Positions 24,978 to 34,515 of a stretch of 63,960 nucleotides of DNA are shown piece after piece. The first letter of the stretch is position 1; every line of letters begins with the position of its first letter. The stretch lies in NCBI GenBank assembly GCA_944381355.1, contig CALWKV010000052.1:1-63960 (forward strand), read 5' to 3'. This stretch comes from an uncultured Christensenellaceae bacterium. Lineage in GTDB: Bacteria > Bacillota > Clostridia > Christensenellales > UBA3700. The notes below the pieces were generated by a model. The model searched no databases and had not been told where the DNA came from. It saw nothing but the letters and a program-made list of their open reading frames with translations. Both the position numbers and the translations under genes were made by a program.

Positions 24978-26863
24978 GAGAAAAAAAGATATTTGCCGAG
25001 GACATCGTAGCCGACGTCAGAAAGGATTACGAAAGGCGCAGAGAGGACAGAAAACCGCTTGAATTGCAATGGCAACTCAACATGAATTTCGTGAACGGCA
25101 ATCAATATATGCAGATTATGCCGACGGGCGAAGTCGAGGAGTTCGGCAAACAGTATTTCTGGCAGGAAAGAGAGGTCTACAACCACATAGCTTCCGTACT
25201 CGAGACGAGAATGTCAAAGCTCGTCAGAGTCAATACGGGAGTGACGGTCAGACCCTTTTCAAACGACGAGACGGACATTCAGTCCGCTAAGCTGTCTACC
25301 GCTCTCATCAGCGCGGTGGCGGAACAGAACGATCTGCCTTCGCTGATCAACGACGCGGTTTCCTGGAGCGAAGTCACGGGGTCTTGTTTTTTCAAGGTCA
25401 CCTGGGATAAGGATCTGGGCGAAAAAATAGGTACGGATAAAGAAAAAAATCCTGTCCGTGTAGGAGAAGCACGCATTACCGTGGTGCCGCCGTTTGAAAT
25501 TTTCCCCGACAACGTATGCGCCGGATCGCTTGAAGAATGCGCGAGCATCATTCATGCGAAAGCCTATCCCGTATCCGAGATAGAGGAGCGTTGGGGAGTC
25601 AAGGTCGAGGGAGAAGAAGTCAACGTGTTCACGCTGGACAACGCCAGCATTGCGGGAGGTCTGGGGTACAACGCGAGCGTCGGCAACGTGATCGCGTCCA
25701 AGGTCGACGGATACGCGATAGTCATAGAAAGGTATACGCGCCCGACAAAGGATAAACCCGACGGCGAACTCGTCATTACGGCGGGAGACAAACTTCTGTA
25801 TTACGGCGGTCTGCCTTACGTGACCGACGTGCAGGGACGCAAAGGCTTTCCTTTTTCACAGACCAACTGTATCAAGAAAGTGGGCAGCTTTTTCGGCACT
25901 TCGGTCGTCGAAAGAATGATACCGCTTCAGAGAAGCTACAACGCGGTCAAGAACAGAAAACACGAATATCTCAACCGCATTTCAATGGGCATACTCGCCG
26001 TCGAGGACGGCAGCGTCGATATGGACAATCTGGAAGAAGAAGGACTCTCGCCCGGCAAAGTGCTTATATACAGGCAAGGCTCCAACATCCCGAGATTTAT
26101 AGAGACGGGCAGCGTGCCCGCGGACTTCACCTATGAAGAAGAAAGACTGCTGTCGGAATTCGTTACGGTCAGCGGCGTCAGCGAACTCAGCAAATATTCG
26201 CAGACTTACGGCAATATGTCGGGCAAGGCGATTTCGCTTCTCGTCAATCAGGACGATACAAGAATGTCGCTTTCCACTACTTCGCTGAGACTGTGCATAA
26301 AGAGGGTGTGCAGAATGTTGCTCTATCTCTACAAACAGTTTGCGACTCAGAAGCGACTCAAGCGCATTTCCGGCGAAAACGGAGAACCCGAGCTGACTTA
26401 TTTCACCGGCAACGACCTGCAATGCGAGGATCTCGTTTTCGACACGCAGGACGACGTGGGAGAGACGATCACAGAAAGACGGAACATGGTCGTCGAACTT
26501 ATACGTATGGGAGTGCTGACCGAGGCGGACGGCACGATGAGTCCGCGCACCAAGATCAAAGTGCTCGAAATGCTGGGAATAGGCAACTGGGATAGCGCGA
26601 AAGACGTAAGCGAAACGCAGAGAAAACGCGCCATGAGAGAAAACCTCGCTATCGGCAAAGAACAGTTGGCGGCATGCCCTTACGACGATCACGACGTACA
26701 CGTGGAGGAGCATATCAAATGCCTGCTCGAGGACAGCGTGCTCAAGAATAAAAAACTTTACGAAGCGATGGACGCGCACATCAAGGAACATCAGATGTTT
26801 GCGCTCGCCGATTCGGCAGAGGCGCAGGCTTTTGCCGGTCAGACCCAAACTCAAAATGACTAA
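24974..26863 (+). CDS. phage portal protein
   Basis: 629 aa, directly after the terminase genes. The N-terminal LELQWQLNMNFVNGNQY-type segment is typical of portal families. Confidence 0.75.
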   Translation: MREKKIFAEDIVADVRKDYERRREDRKPLELQWQLNMNFVNGNQYMQIMPTGEVEEFGKQYFWQEREVYNHIASVLETRMSKLVRVNTGVTVRPFSNDETDIQSAKLSTALISAVAEQNDLPSLINDAVSWSEVTGSCFFKVTWDKDLGEKIGTDKEKNPVRVGEARITVVPPFEIFPDNVCAGSLEECASIIHAKAYPVSEIEERWGVKVEGEEVNVFTLDNASIAGGLGYNASVGNVIASKVDGYAIVIERYTRPTKDKPDGELVITAGDKLLYYGGLPYVTDVQGRKGFPFSQTNCIKKVGSFFGTSVVERMIPLQRSYNAVKNRKHEYLNRISMGILAVEDGSVDMDNLEEEGLSPGKVLIYRQGSNIPRFIETGSVPADFTYEEERLLSEFVTVSGVSELSKYSQTYGNMSGKAISLLVNQDDTRMSLSTTSLRLCIKRVCRMLLYLYKQFATQKRLKRISGENGEPELTYFTGNDLQCEDLVFDTQDDVGETITERRNMVVELIRMGVLTEADGTMSPRTKIKVLEMLGIGNWDSAKDVSETQRKRAMRENLAIGKEQLAACPYDDHDVHVEEHIKCLLEDSVLKNKKLYEAMDAHIKEHQMFALADSAEAQAFAGQTQTQND

Positions 26864-26880
26864 ACCGAAAGGAGACATAT

Positions 26881-27588
26881 ATGGAAGAAGTGCAGAAACA
26901 AACGGAAGATCTTTCCCCCGAAGCGCACGTAGATGAGGCTGCGGATAAGGAAAGGACCGCCTTTTGCAACAAGTTCGCCACGGCAGACGAACTTGAGAAG
27001 GCTTACGACAGCCTGCAAAGGGAATTTACGAAAAAATGTCAGGTAAATTCCCGACTCAGTCGCGAACTCGAGGAACTCAGAAACGCGAAAGTGACTACGG
27101 ACGGAGAGCCGCTGACGGCGCGGCCTGAGGGGCGTGGAAATGAAACGCCGACGGCTTTGAACGGCGTTGAAGCGACAACTCCCGTCTACGAGTCGCCCGA
27201 CTGGGAAAGCAGGGTCGGAGAGTTTATGAAGAAGTATCCTCAAGCGGCGCGCTACACGCAGAGTATCGCGAAAACGCTTGCGGGCGATCCCTCTCTGGCA
27301 ATGAGAGAGGACTGCCTTGAGCGCGCGTACTTCGACGTGCTGGTCAAAGCCGACAGAACGCCCGAAGAAGTGGTTGCTGACGACGATTTTCTCGAAAAAT
27401 ACGTTCTCGACAACCCTCGGGTGAAGGACAGGATAATAGAGAAGTATCTCCTTGAAAATCTGGACGCAGAGATTCCCCGCACTATTGCCGGGAGCGGAAG
27501 AACTCACGTCACCCCGCCGTCGCGACCCAAGAGCATACGCGAGGCGGGCGGTATCGTAAAAAATATGCTCGCAAACAGGAGGATTTAA
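26881..27588 (+). CDS. putative scaffolding protein
   Basis: 235 aa, acidic and helical, sitting between the portal and capsid genes. The call rests on position and composition only. Confidence 0.45.
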   Translation: MEEVQKQTEDLSPEAHVDEAADKERTAFCNKFATADELEKAYDSLQREFTKKCQVNSRLSRELEELRNAKVTTDGEPLTARPEGRGNETPTALNGVEATTPVYESPDWESRVGEFMKKYPQAARYTQSIAKTLAGDPSLAMREDCLERAYFDVLVKADRTPEEVVADDDFLEKYVLDNPRVKDRIIEKYLLENLDAEIPRTIAGSGRTHVTPPSRPKSIREAGGIVKNMLANRRI

Positions 27589-27591
27589 AAT

Positions 27592-28761
27592 ATGGTAACA
27601 ATGGAAACAGCCGAAAAGGCGCTCAAAACCGTATATCTCGGAGTTGTCGCCAACCAGCTTAACGTAGGCGTGAACCCGCTTCTCGCCAAGATTAAACAGA
27701 CCAGTTCCGACGTATGGGGCAAAGAGATCGTCAAACTCGTGCCCTACGGTCTCAACGGCGGTATCGGAGCGGGTACGGAAACGGGCGACCTTCCGCAGGC
27801 GGCGGCAAATAATTATGACCGCTTCAGGCTCGAGCTTAAGAACTTGTACGGCACGATAGAACTGTCCGACAAGGCTATCAGAGCGTCGCAGAACAGCGTG
27901 GGCGCGTTCGTCAACCTGCTCGACGCCGAAATGGAAGGATTGCTCAAAGCGTCCAAGTTCAACCTCGGCAGAATGCTTTACGGCGACGGCTCGGGCAAGA
28001 TCGCAACGGTTACGGCGCAGGGCAGTTCCAACAATCAGATCGTTGTGGGAAGCGTCAAGAATCTGATGGAGGGTATGGTCGTCGACGTGTACGACGGCGA
28101 AACAGACACCGTACGCAGCGGTCTCAAGGGAGTGAGGATCACATCAGTCGACAGAGCGACCAAGACCGTCACTTTCGGCAATTCGGCAGGCGGAACGGTC
28201 GAGAGCGGCGACTACGTTACGGTGCAAGGCTCCAAGGACAACGAACTCACAGGTCTCGGCGCGATATTCTCTGATAAAGACCTCTACGGTCTCGCGAGAA
28301 GCGGCAGAGCCTGGATGAAGAGCGGCAGCAAAGATAGCGTAGGAGCGATTTCTTTTGTCGGCATGCAGAGCGCGATCGACGAGGTCGAGGAAGTGTCGGG
28401 CGGCGCGATCGATATGATCGTCTGTGCGTACGACGTCAGAAGATTCTATCTCGACAACTGCATGAGTGCGAGAATGAACCTCGACTACATGAATCTGGAC
28501 GGCGGTTACAAAGCGGTGACCTTCAACGGCATTCCCGTCGTTGCGGACAAGTTCGTCGAGGACGGCACGATGTATATGCTCAATACGGGCGATTTCAAGC
28601 TGCATCAGCTGTGCGACTGGAGATGGCTCGAAGGCGACGGAGGCAGGGTCATCAAGCAGAAAGCGGGTAGCGCAACCTATTCCGCAACGCTCGTCAAGTA
28701 TGCCGATCTTATCTGCGACAAACCGATAGGTCAGTATAAGCTCTCGGGCATCAACGCGTGA
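27592..28761 (+). CDS. putative major capsid protein
   Basis: 389 aa, in the position after portal and scaffold. AGGAGG RBS. Gly-rich N-terminal loop and overall composition resemble HK97-fold capsids. Not verified by search. Confidence 0.65.
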   Translation: MVTMETAEKALKTVYLGVVANQLNVGVNPLLAKIKQTSSDVWGKEIVKLVPYGLNGGIGAGTETGDLPQAAANNYDRFRLELKNLYGTIELSDKAIRASQNSVGAFVNLLDAEMEGLLKASKFNLGRMLYGDGSGKIATVTAQGSSNNQIVVGSVKNLMEGMVVDVYDGETDTVRSGLKGVRITSVDRATKTVTFGNSAGGTVESGDYVTVQGSKDNELTGLGAIFSDKDLYGLARSGRAWMKSGSKDSVGAISFVGMQSAIDEVEEVSGGAIDMIVCAYDVRRFYLDNCMSARMNLDYMNLDGGYKAVTFNGIPVVADKFVEDGTMYMLNTGDFKLHQLCDWRWLEGDGGRVIKQKAGSATYSATLVKYADLICDKPIGQYKLSGINA

Positions 28762-29075
28762 AAAACAAACGCCTGATCCCTGTCGAAAACGATTTATTCT
28801 ACGTTGCGGACAGAATAAAAAGCATAGACGACAAATACAAAATCTACTACAACGGGGAAAGTAGGAAATTCGAGGTCCGCAACGCGGAGGACGACAGTCT
28901 GCAGGTCGTATTGCCTTACGGGCAGCTCGACAGCCGCGCGGTGGACTACGTGCGCAAGACGAGGATAGAGAGGATAGACGCTCTGCTCGAGGAGATAGAG
29001 CGCGCCAACGCCGAGGCGGAAAAAGCTGCGGCGAGACTGGCTAAGGAAAAGGCGTTTGAAAATATACGCATATAG
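28758..29075 (+). CDS. hypothetical phage protein (105 aa)
   Basis: The GTG start overlaps the capsid stop. C-terminal helical EEIERANAEAEKAAARLAKEK segment. Confidence 0.4.
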   Translation: MKNKRLIPVENDLFYVADRIKSIDDKYKIYYNGESRKFEVRNAEDDSLQVVLPYGQLDSRAVDYVRKTRIERIDALLEEIERANAEAEKAAARLAKEKAFENIRI

Positions 29076-29117
29076 ACGGGGGCGGATTTGTTCCGCCCCT
29101 TTGTCAAAGGAGGCAAA

Positions 29118-29660
29118 ATGAAACTTGAAGAGGTAATCAATACGGCGCTTGCGTATCTGGACGAAGGGGATCACGACGCAGGCAGAGACAACGTTGAGGA
29201 CGACAAGATCAGACTCCTCGTAAAATGCGCAAACATTATGCTGACCGAGATCGCGCAGGAATATCTGCCTCTGGAGGACGAGTGCGAAGTGACGGCAAAG
29301 GACGGAAGATTTTCTTATGAAGATATCCCGAGGCGCGTGTCAAGGATCATATCTGTCAAGGACGAAAAGGGCACCTCTGTATCATTTCGTCAACGCTCTT
29401 TTTCTTGTGCGGTAGGCAAGAACGGCAGACTTAAAGTGGTCTACCGCTATCTGCCTGCCGCAGTTGCTCTCGGAGACGACTGCGACGTGCATCCTGCCGT
29501 CAGCGAAAAGACGCTTGCCCTCGGAACGTGCGCGGAATACTGTATGATAAACGGCATGTACGAGCAGAGCGAAGGGTTTGCGGAACGATTCCGACAGGAT
29601 ATCCGTACCGCGGTACGCCCTGTATCCGTCATCACCCTCAAAGGCAGGGGGTGGTATTGA
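29118..29660 (+). CDS. hypothetical virion protein (180 aa), candidate head-tail adaptor
   Basis: AAAGGAGG RBS. Sits just downstream of the capsid gene. Function inferred from position only. Confidence 0.45.
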   Translation: MKLEEVINTALAYLDEGDHDAGRDNVEDDKIRLLVKCANIMLTEIAQEYLPLEDECEVTAKDGRFSYEDIPRRVSRIISVKDEKGTSVSFRQRSFSCAVGKNGRLKVVYRYLPAAVALGDDCDVHPAVSEKTLALGTCAEYCMINGMYEQSEGFAERFRQDIRTAVRPVSVITLKGRGWY

Positions 29661-31120
29661 TGTTTTACGAAAAGAAGTTTTCGGTAGACAAACCCACAAG
29701 GATGAGATACAGATTTTCTTCGTTCAAGGGCTTCGACGTGAAATCGTCGCCCTCAACGCTTCCTTGCGATTACTGCGAGGACGTCTACAACTTCGGATTT
29801 GACAACGGCAATCTTACTGCAGGGGTCGGGCTTTCTGCATTTGAATACAAGTGTGAAAACGGGGAGACATTCGCGCTGCCGCCGATACCCGAGGGCTACG
29901 GCGACGCAAGAATGTTCTGCGGCAAACTCAGCGACGAAAACGGTCCTTACGAATGCGTGATACTTTCTGCGCCCGACAAACTCACGCATATAAAACTCGC
30001 GGCGGGCGAGAGCTGGGCGCCGGATACGGCGACGGACAGGCAATTCACCTCGGCGATAGGATACCTCGACGGAGACAACGACCTGATGCTCCTCGGTGGC
30101 GGCGGCGAGGGACTTTACGTTATGAGCGGCGAAGGCGGTCAGTACGCCGCGGACGCGCTTGCGATAACAGACCTCTGCACTCACTACGAGAGAGTTTATG
30201 CGGTAGTTGACGGCGTGCGCACGAGTATATGGTTTTCTGACGCGTTCGATCCTTACAACTGGAACGTGTCTCTCGACGAGGGCGGTTATATCTCACTCGA
30301 CGGGTCGCTCGGCGAAGTGCTGAGAGTGCTCAGCTTCGAGGACAATATTTACGTGTTCTGCGAATACGGCATTTACCGCCTGACCGCGTACGCCGATCAG
30401 CTCCAGTTCAGCCTGAGGCGCGTGCATTGCGACTGCGGACGCATTTTCAAGGATACGATCACGATATGCGGCGCAGTGATAATCTTCGTGACGAGCGACG
30501 GCGTTTTCGCTATGGACGGCTACGACGTGACCCGTGTCACAGACAGGCTGGACGACCTCGTCGACGGCGCGGAAAAACTTCGTGCACTCTACTGCGACGG
30601 CAGATATTATCTGATTTTCGACAAGGAACACGAGGACGCGCTTTACGATTATACCGTCGCCGACGGCGGTCCCAACGTCACCGTCATCGTGGATACGGAG
30701 AAAGGTACGGTTGAGATATACCGCGGCGCAAAAATGCACGATATGTGCGTGCTCGCCGGAAGAACTCAGCATTGCGTGCTCGCGTTGTCTGAACTGTCTG
30801 ACAGGATCGCGGTAGTAGACGACGGCGGAGTTTTTTTCAACGAGCCGCCTTTCAGATACTGGATTATAAAAGACGTCGATTTCAACGAACACGTAAACAA
30901 AAAGTATGTTCTCGGAGTGGATTATTGCACGGACGTGCCTTTTACGCTGGGAGTCGTCGCAGACGGCAAAGCGCGTGAATTCAGGCTCGATCCGTCGAGG
31001 AAGTACGTGCCGATAGGCGTAAACGGGATATGCTTCGACTTTTATATCAAGTGTTCGGAGCGGAGCGTCAGGATAAAGCCGTTCGGCATCACGATCGACT
31101 TTCTGAGGAGGAATAAATGA
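29660..31120 (+). CDS. hypothetical virion protein (486 aa), repetitive beta-rich, candidate nozzle/tail-knob
   Basis: ATG overlaps the upstream stop. Recurrent short G/Y/D-rich beta-strand-like segments. No recognised family. Confidence 0.5.
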   Translation: MFYEKKFSVDKPTRMRYRFSSFKGFDVKSSPSTLPCDYCEDVYNFGFDNGNLTAGVGLSAFEYKCENGETFALPPIPEGYGDARMFCGKLSDENGPYECVILSAPDKLTHIKLAAGESWAPDTATDRQFTSAIGYLDGDNDLMLLGGGGEGLYVMSGEGGQYAADALAITDLCTHYERVYAVVDGVRTSIWFSDAFDPYNWNVSLDEGGYISLDGSLGEVLRVLSFEDNIYVFCEYGIYRLTAYADQLQFSLRRVHCDCGRIFKDTITICGAVIIFVTSDGVFAMDGYDVTRVTDRLDDLVDGAEKLRALYCDGRYYLIFDKEHEDALYDYTVADGGPNVTVIVDTEKGTVEIYRGAKMHDMCVLAGRTQHCVLALSELSDRIAVVDDGGVFFNEPPFRYWIIKDVDFNEHVNKKYVLGVDYCTDVPFTLGVVADGKAREFRLDPSRKYVPIGVNGICFDFYIKCSERSVRIKPFGITIDFLRRNK

Positions 31121-31473
31121 AGTTATCGAGAATAGAAAGAACCGCAAGAGAGGGGCTTGAGATCGCCGAGTACGTGTATAACAACAGAGACGTGGAGTTC
31201 GTTGAGATACTTCCCGCGCTGCACGCGGGCAGTCCGCACACTCTGACTTTCTGGTGTACGGGCACTATCGACGTGGAACTCGCGTTCTTCGGCGAAGCGT
31301 GCGACGTGGAAGTCGCTCTCGACGATACTACGAAGTATACCGCGACGGGCAGGATATGGAGACTCACTCTCGAACAACTCGGCAGATCCAGGCATACGCT
31401 GACCTTTACCGCGGCGGGCGACGCGACGGAGATAAGACTTTGCGTGACCGCCAAAGGAGGGCTAAGGATATGA
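31117..31473 (+). CDS. hypothetical phage protein (118 aa)
   Basis: GAGGAGG RBS and ATGA overlap with the upstream stop. Confidence 0.5.
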   Translation: MKLSRIERTAREGLEIAEYVYNNRDVEFVEILPALHAGSPHTLTFWCTGTIDVELAFFGEACDVEVALDDTTKYTATGRIWRLTLEQLGRSRHTLTFTAAGDATEIRLCVTAKGGLRI

Positions 31474-31549
31474 TATACGGCAAGAAATTCCGCGCGCTCA
31501 GAAAGAGATTCGCGCGGTACAACTATTACGTTTTAAAAAGGAGAATATT

Positions 31550-32533
31550 ATGGCAATAGCAGGAAAACTCATCACTCGGACCACTTACGGAGGCAACAGC
31601 GGAAGTACGAAAAAGATAACTACCGAAGAGCAGCTTATCAATACCTTGAAACAGATGCACAGCGACTACCGACAGAAAGAGTTGGAAGAACGCAAAGAGG
31701 AAGCGTCGGCGGCGCTTCCCGAAGAACCCGATTATGAGTTCAAAAGTTACGAGGGAGAAAACGAAGAAGAAATAAAAAACAGGGTAGAGAGCGAGTACGG
31801 AGCTAAACTCGAAAGCGAAAAGGCTCTCGAGACCGAAAAGACAAAGACCAAGACCGATGAGCTTGCAGGCAAGGTCGAGACGACTTATCAGGATTTCGGC
31901 AAGACAGAGGAGGAGATCCTCGCTTCGCTCGAAAAGAGCAAGAAGCAGAACGAGAACAAGATGATCGAGAGCGGTCTGTCGCGTTCTTCGATAAAGGAGC
32001 TTATCGGTGAAAGCGCACAGCAACAGGCGGATATGATGATCGCAGAAGCCAAGGCTGACGCAGACAACGTAGCGAAGAAATATCAGACTCAGATAGACGG
32101 ACTGAACAGAGAATTGCAGGCGGCGATCGACGATCTCAATGCGGAATACGTCATCAAAATATCGACCGAAATAGAAGAACTCATCGCAAAAAGAGACAAG
32201 GAGATTAAGGCGATTCAGGAATATAACAATAAGATTGAACAGCAGATCGCCGAATATCAGCTCGCGCGCGAAAAAGCCATTCAGGAAGACGTTGCGACGC
32301 GTATCGAAGCCGACTATCAGCAGGCAGAGTACGAGAAAAAATACGGTTATGTCGGAGAAAAGGCGGACAACTACGCGCAGAGACTCAATATCGCGATAGA
32401 TTTTTACGACGGCTTCGATCCCGAGACCGCAAAGAGCATGGTGCAGCAGAATCAGTATCTCAAGACCTATCTCGGTTATGAATACACAAATCTTCTCGCG
32501 AGATACGTCAAAGCCGCAAAGGACGCAAAGTAA
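31550..32533 (+). CDS. coiled-coil phage protein (327 aa)
   Basis: AAGGAGA RBS. Long E/K/Q/A-rich heptad-like stretches. Confidence 0.6.
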   Translation: MAIAGKLITRTTYGGNSGSTKKITTEEQLINTLKQMHSDYRQKELEERKEEASAALPEEPDYEFKSYEGENEEEIKNRVESEYGAKLESEKALETEKTKTKTDELAGKVETTYQDFGKTEEEILASLEKSKKQNENKMIESGLSRSSIKELIGESAQQQADMMIAEAKADADNVAKKYQTQIDGLNRELQAAIDDLNAEYVIKISTEIEELIAKRDKEIKAIQEYNNKIEQQIAEYQLAREKAIQEDVATRIEADYQQAEYEKKYGYVGEKADNYAQRLNIAIDFYDGFDPETAKSMVQQNQYLKTYLGYEYTNLLARYVKAAKDAK

Positions 32534-32548
32534 CGGGAGGTGAGAACT

Positions 32549-32812
32549 GTGTGGGAGAGCGTGATAGAGACCGTTGTCGCCAACGGCGCATGGGCAGTAC
32601 TGTTCTGTCTGCTTCTCGTCTACGAGCTGAAAGACAGTCGCAAAAGAGAGCAGAAGTATCAGGACACGATAACCTCGCTGGGAGACAGTCTGTCGTGCGT
32701 AAAAGCGGTGGCAAAGGACGTGGAAGAGATAAAATACGACGTCAGATGCGGATTCGGTCTGCAGGAATTGCAGAGGGAAGCGACGGACGTAGCGTCGGAA
32801 GAAGTGGCGTAA
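32549..32812 (+). CDS. BhlA/UviB family holin-like protein
   Basis: N-terminal TM segment followed by a charged stretch, NGAWAVLFCLLLVYELKDSRKREQKYQDTI, resembles BhlA/UviB. The GTG at 32549 lies 7 nt after GGGAGGTG and is preferred to 32540. Confidence 0.55.
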   Translation: MWESVIETVVANGAWAVLFCLLLVYELKDSRKREQKYQDTITSLGDSLSCVKAVAKDVEEIKYDVRCGFGLQELQREATDVASEEVA

Positions 32813-32823
32813 CGGAGGATAAT

Positions 32824-33102
32824 ATGAAGGAAAAGATCAAATCTTACGATTTCTGGATGGCGGTTGCAAGTGCATTGTTCGTTGTTCTGCAGGCTGTCGG
32901 ATTTACGACCGAGATACCCTACCTCAGAGAGATCACGACGGCGTTTCTCGGATTGCTTGCAGTAAGCGGTTTTATCGTGAAACCGCCTTCGTCGCAGGTT
33001 CAGGAAGACGTATCTTCGGATGAGCAGAATGCGGCAAGCGGAAGCGAGCAAAACGCTGAGTTGACTGAAATTATTGATGAAATAATTGATAATACTAAAT
33101 AA
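32824..33102 (+). CDS. putative holin / small two-TM membrane protein (92 aa)
   Basis: GGAGG RBS. Two hydrophobic helices followed by an acidic C-terminal tail. Last gene of the cassette. Confidence 0.45.
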   Translation: MKEKIKSYDFWMAVASALFVVLQAVGFTTEIPYLREITTAFLGLLAVSGFIVKPPSSQVQEDVSSDEQNAASGSEQNAELTEIIDEIIDNTK

Positions 33103-33121
33103 TAACTATTATTCACAATTA

Positions 33122-33148
33122 ACGACGGCATCAAGCCGTCGTTTTTTT
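33122..33148 (+). terminator. intrinsic terminator ending the cassette (abuts the murG stop)
   Basis: ACGACGGC-ATCAA-GCCGTCGT followed by T7. Confidence 0.7.
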
Positions 33149-34190
33149 ATTTGTTTCCTGAAGCTATGTTGAGAAGAAGTTCCGCTATATCAAAGTTTAC
33201 TTTACGATTTCTTTCGGGCTGCGGGGGCGGCGAACTCATCAGGTAAGACAGCGTCGACACTACTCGCTTTTCGCAGAGGTCTTTTTGTTCGAGGTAGGCT
33301 GCCTTTCCGTTTGCGCAGGCACGCTTAGCGTTGAGTATCTGATCGCCTCTCGAAGCGTCTGCCGGGAGAGGAATGTAGAGCACGCGTTTCCCTATCGCCG
33401 TCAGCTCGTCCACTGTATTAGCTCCCGCACGCGATATCACGACGTCTGCGGCGGCGTAAAGATCGAACACGTCGTCGGCATACTCCTTGTGAAAATAATT
33501 TTTCAATCCTTTAGTCTTTTCCGGATTTATGCCGTTCTTTCCCGTTATGTGTATGATGCAGAAACTCTTAAGAAGCACGTCGAGTATCGAAATTACGAAA
33601 TCGTTGAGAGCTTTTGAACCGCTCGAGCCGCCTATCACGAGAAGGAGAGGTTTGGTCTGAGACAGTCCGTATTTGCGCTTTACGTCGGTGCCGTCTGCAA
33701 AGAGGAGTTCTTCGCGCAGCGGATTGCCGATGAAAACGGCATTTTTCGCGTTGGTTGACTTGTGCGATACCACGACCGCTTCTGCGAATCGCGAAGTAAT
33801 CCTGTTGGCGAGCCCCAGCGTCGTATCCGACTCGTGCGCAACGACGGGTATGCCCAGAGATCTCGCCGCGAGACAGGTCGGCAGAGCTACGTAGCCGCCC
33901 TTTGAAAAGACTACGTCGGGAGTGAGTTCTTTGAGAGTTTCTTTTGCCTGTCTGACGCATTTTCCGAGTAGAAAAGGTATTCTGATATTGGAAAAAAATC
34001 TGCTTCGGTCCAGCTTTACCGTGTCAGTCGCAAAAAACTCCACACCGTATTTTTCGCAGAGACTTTTTTCTATACCGTTTCTGCCGCCGATGTAATATAT
34101 TCCGTCAAATCTCTTTTTCAATTCAGGCAGAAGCGCGAGATTGGGCATTACGTGTCCTGCAGTGCCTCCGCCTGTAAGTGCGATTTTCAT
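33147..34190 (-). CDS. murG: undecaprenyldiphospho-muramoylpentapeptide beta-N-acetylglucosaminyltransferase
   Basis: MKIALTGGGTAGHVMPNLAL start and typical GT28 N- and C-terminal domains. Confidence 0.9.
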   Translation of the reverse strand: MKIALTGGGTAGHVMPNLALLPELKKRFDGIYYIGGRNGIEKSLCEKYGVEFFATDTVKLDRSRFFSNIRIPFLLGKCVRQAKETLKELTPDVVFSKGGYVALPTCLAARSLGIPVVAHESDTTLGLANRITSRFAEAVVVSHKSTNAKNAVFIGNPLREELLFADGTDVKRKYGLSQTKPLLLVIGGSSGSKALNDFVISILDVLLKSFCIIHITGKNGINPEKTKGLKNYFHKEYADDVFDLYAAADVVISRAGANTVDELTAIGKRVLYIPLPADASRGDQILNAKRACANGKAAYLEQKDLCEKRVVSTLSYLMSSPPPQPERNRKVNFDIAELLLNIASGNK

Positions 34191-34515
34191 ATTACCCTCC
34201 TTTGGCTTTTAAATATTATATGTCCCGTCGCGTGCAAATAATACTTTGCATTACGGAGTTAATATGGTTTCGTGTCGGAGCGCCTGTGTTTTTGATTTAC
34301 GTATAAGTACATGTTAAATACTTAATAGTACTATAAACAAATAAAATTACATAAGTTGTAAAATCAGAAACAGATAAAACCTTTGCCGTGTGTACAGAGT
34401 GTCGGATACGCATCCTGATCGACGGACGGTGCAGGCGGAACGGGTTGCTGCATGAAGAAAGCCGCCCTTCAATCGAAAGCGGCGATCACAGTAAATATAA
34501 TAATAAAATAATGCT

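Larger units (their letters stand above)
20269..33148 (+). mobile_element. phage-like element: repeat-rich non-coding region plus head/packaging/lysis cassette; boundaries approximate, no att sites or integrase identified
   Basis: Contains TerL, portal, a capsid-sized ORF and holin-like genes, flanked by terminators of housekeeping genes on both sides. Confidence 0.55.

Noticed and set aside
20269-33148. att sites or an integrase delimiting the phage-like element
   Set aside because: I compared both edges by eye for direct repeats of 12 bp or more and found none. There is no tyrosine or serine recombinase-like ORF and no tRNA gene at either edge. The boundaries therefore remain approximate.
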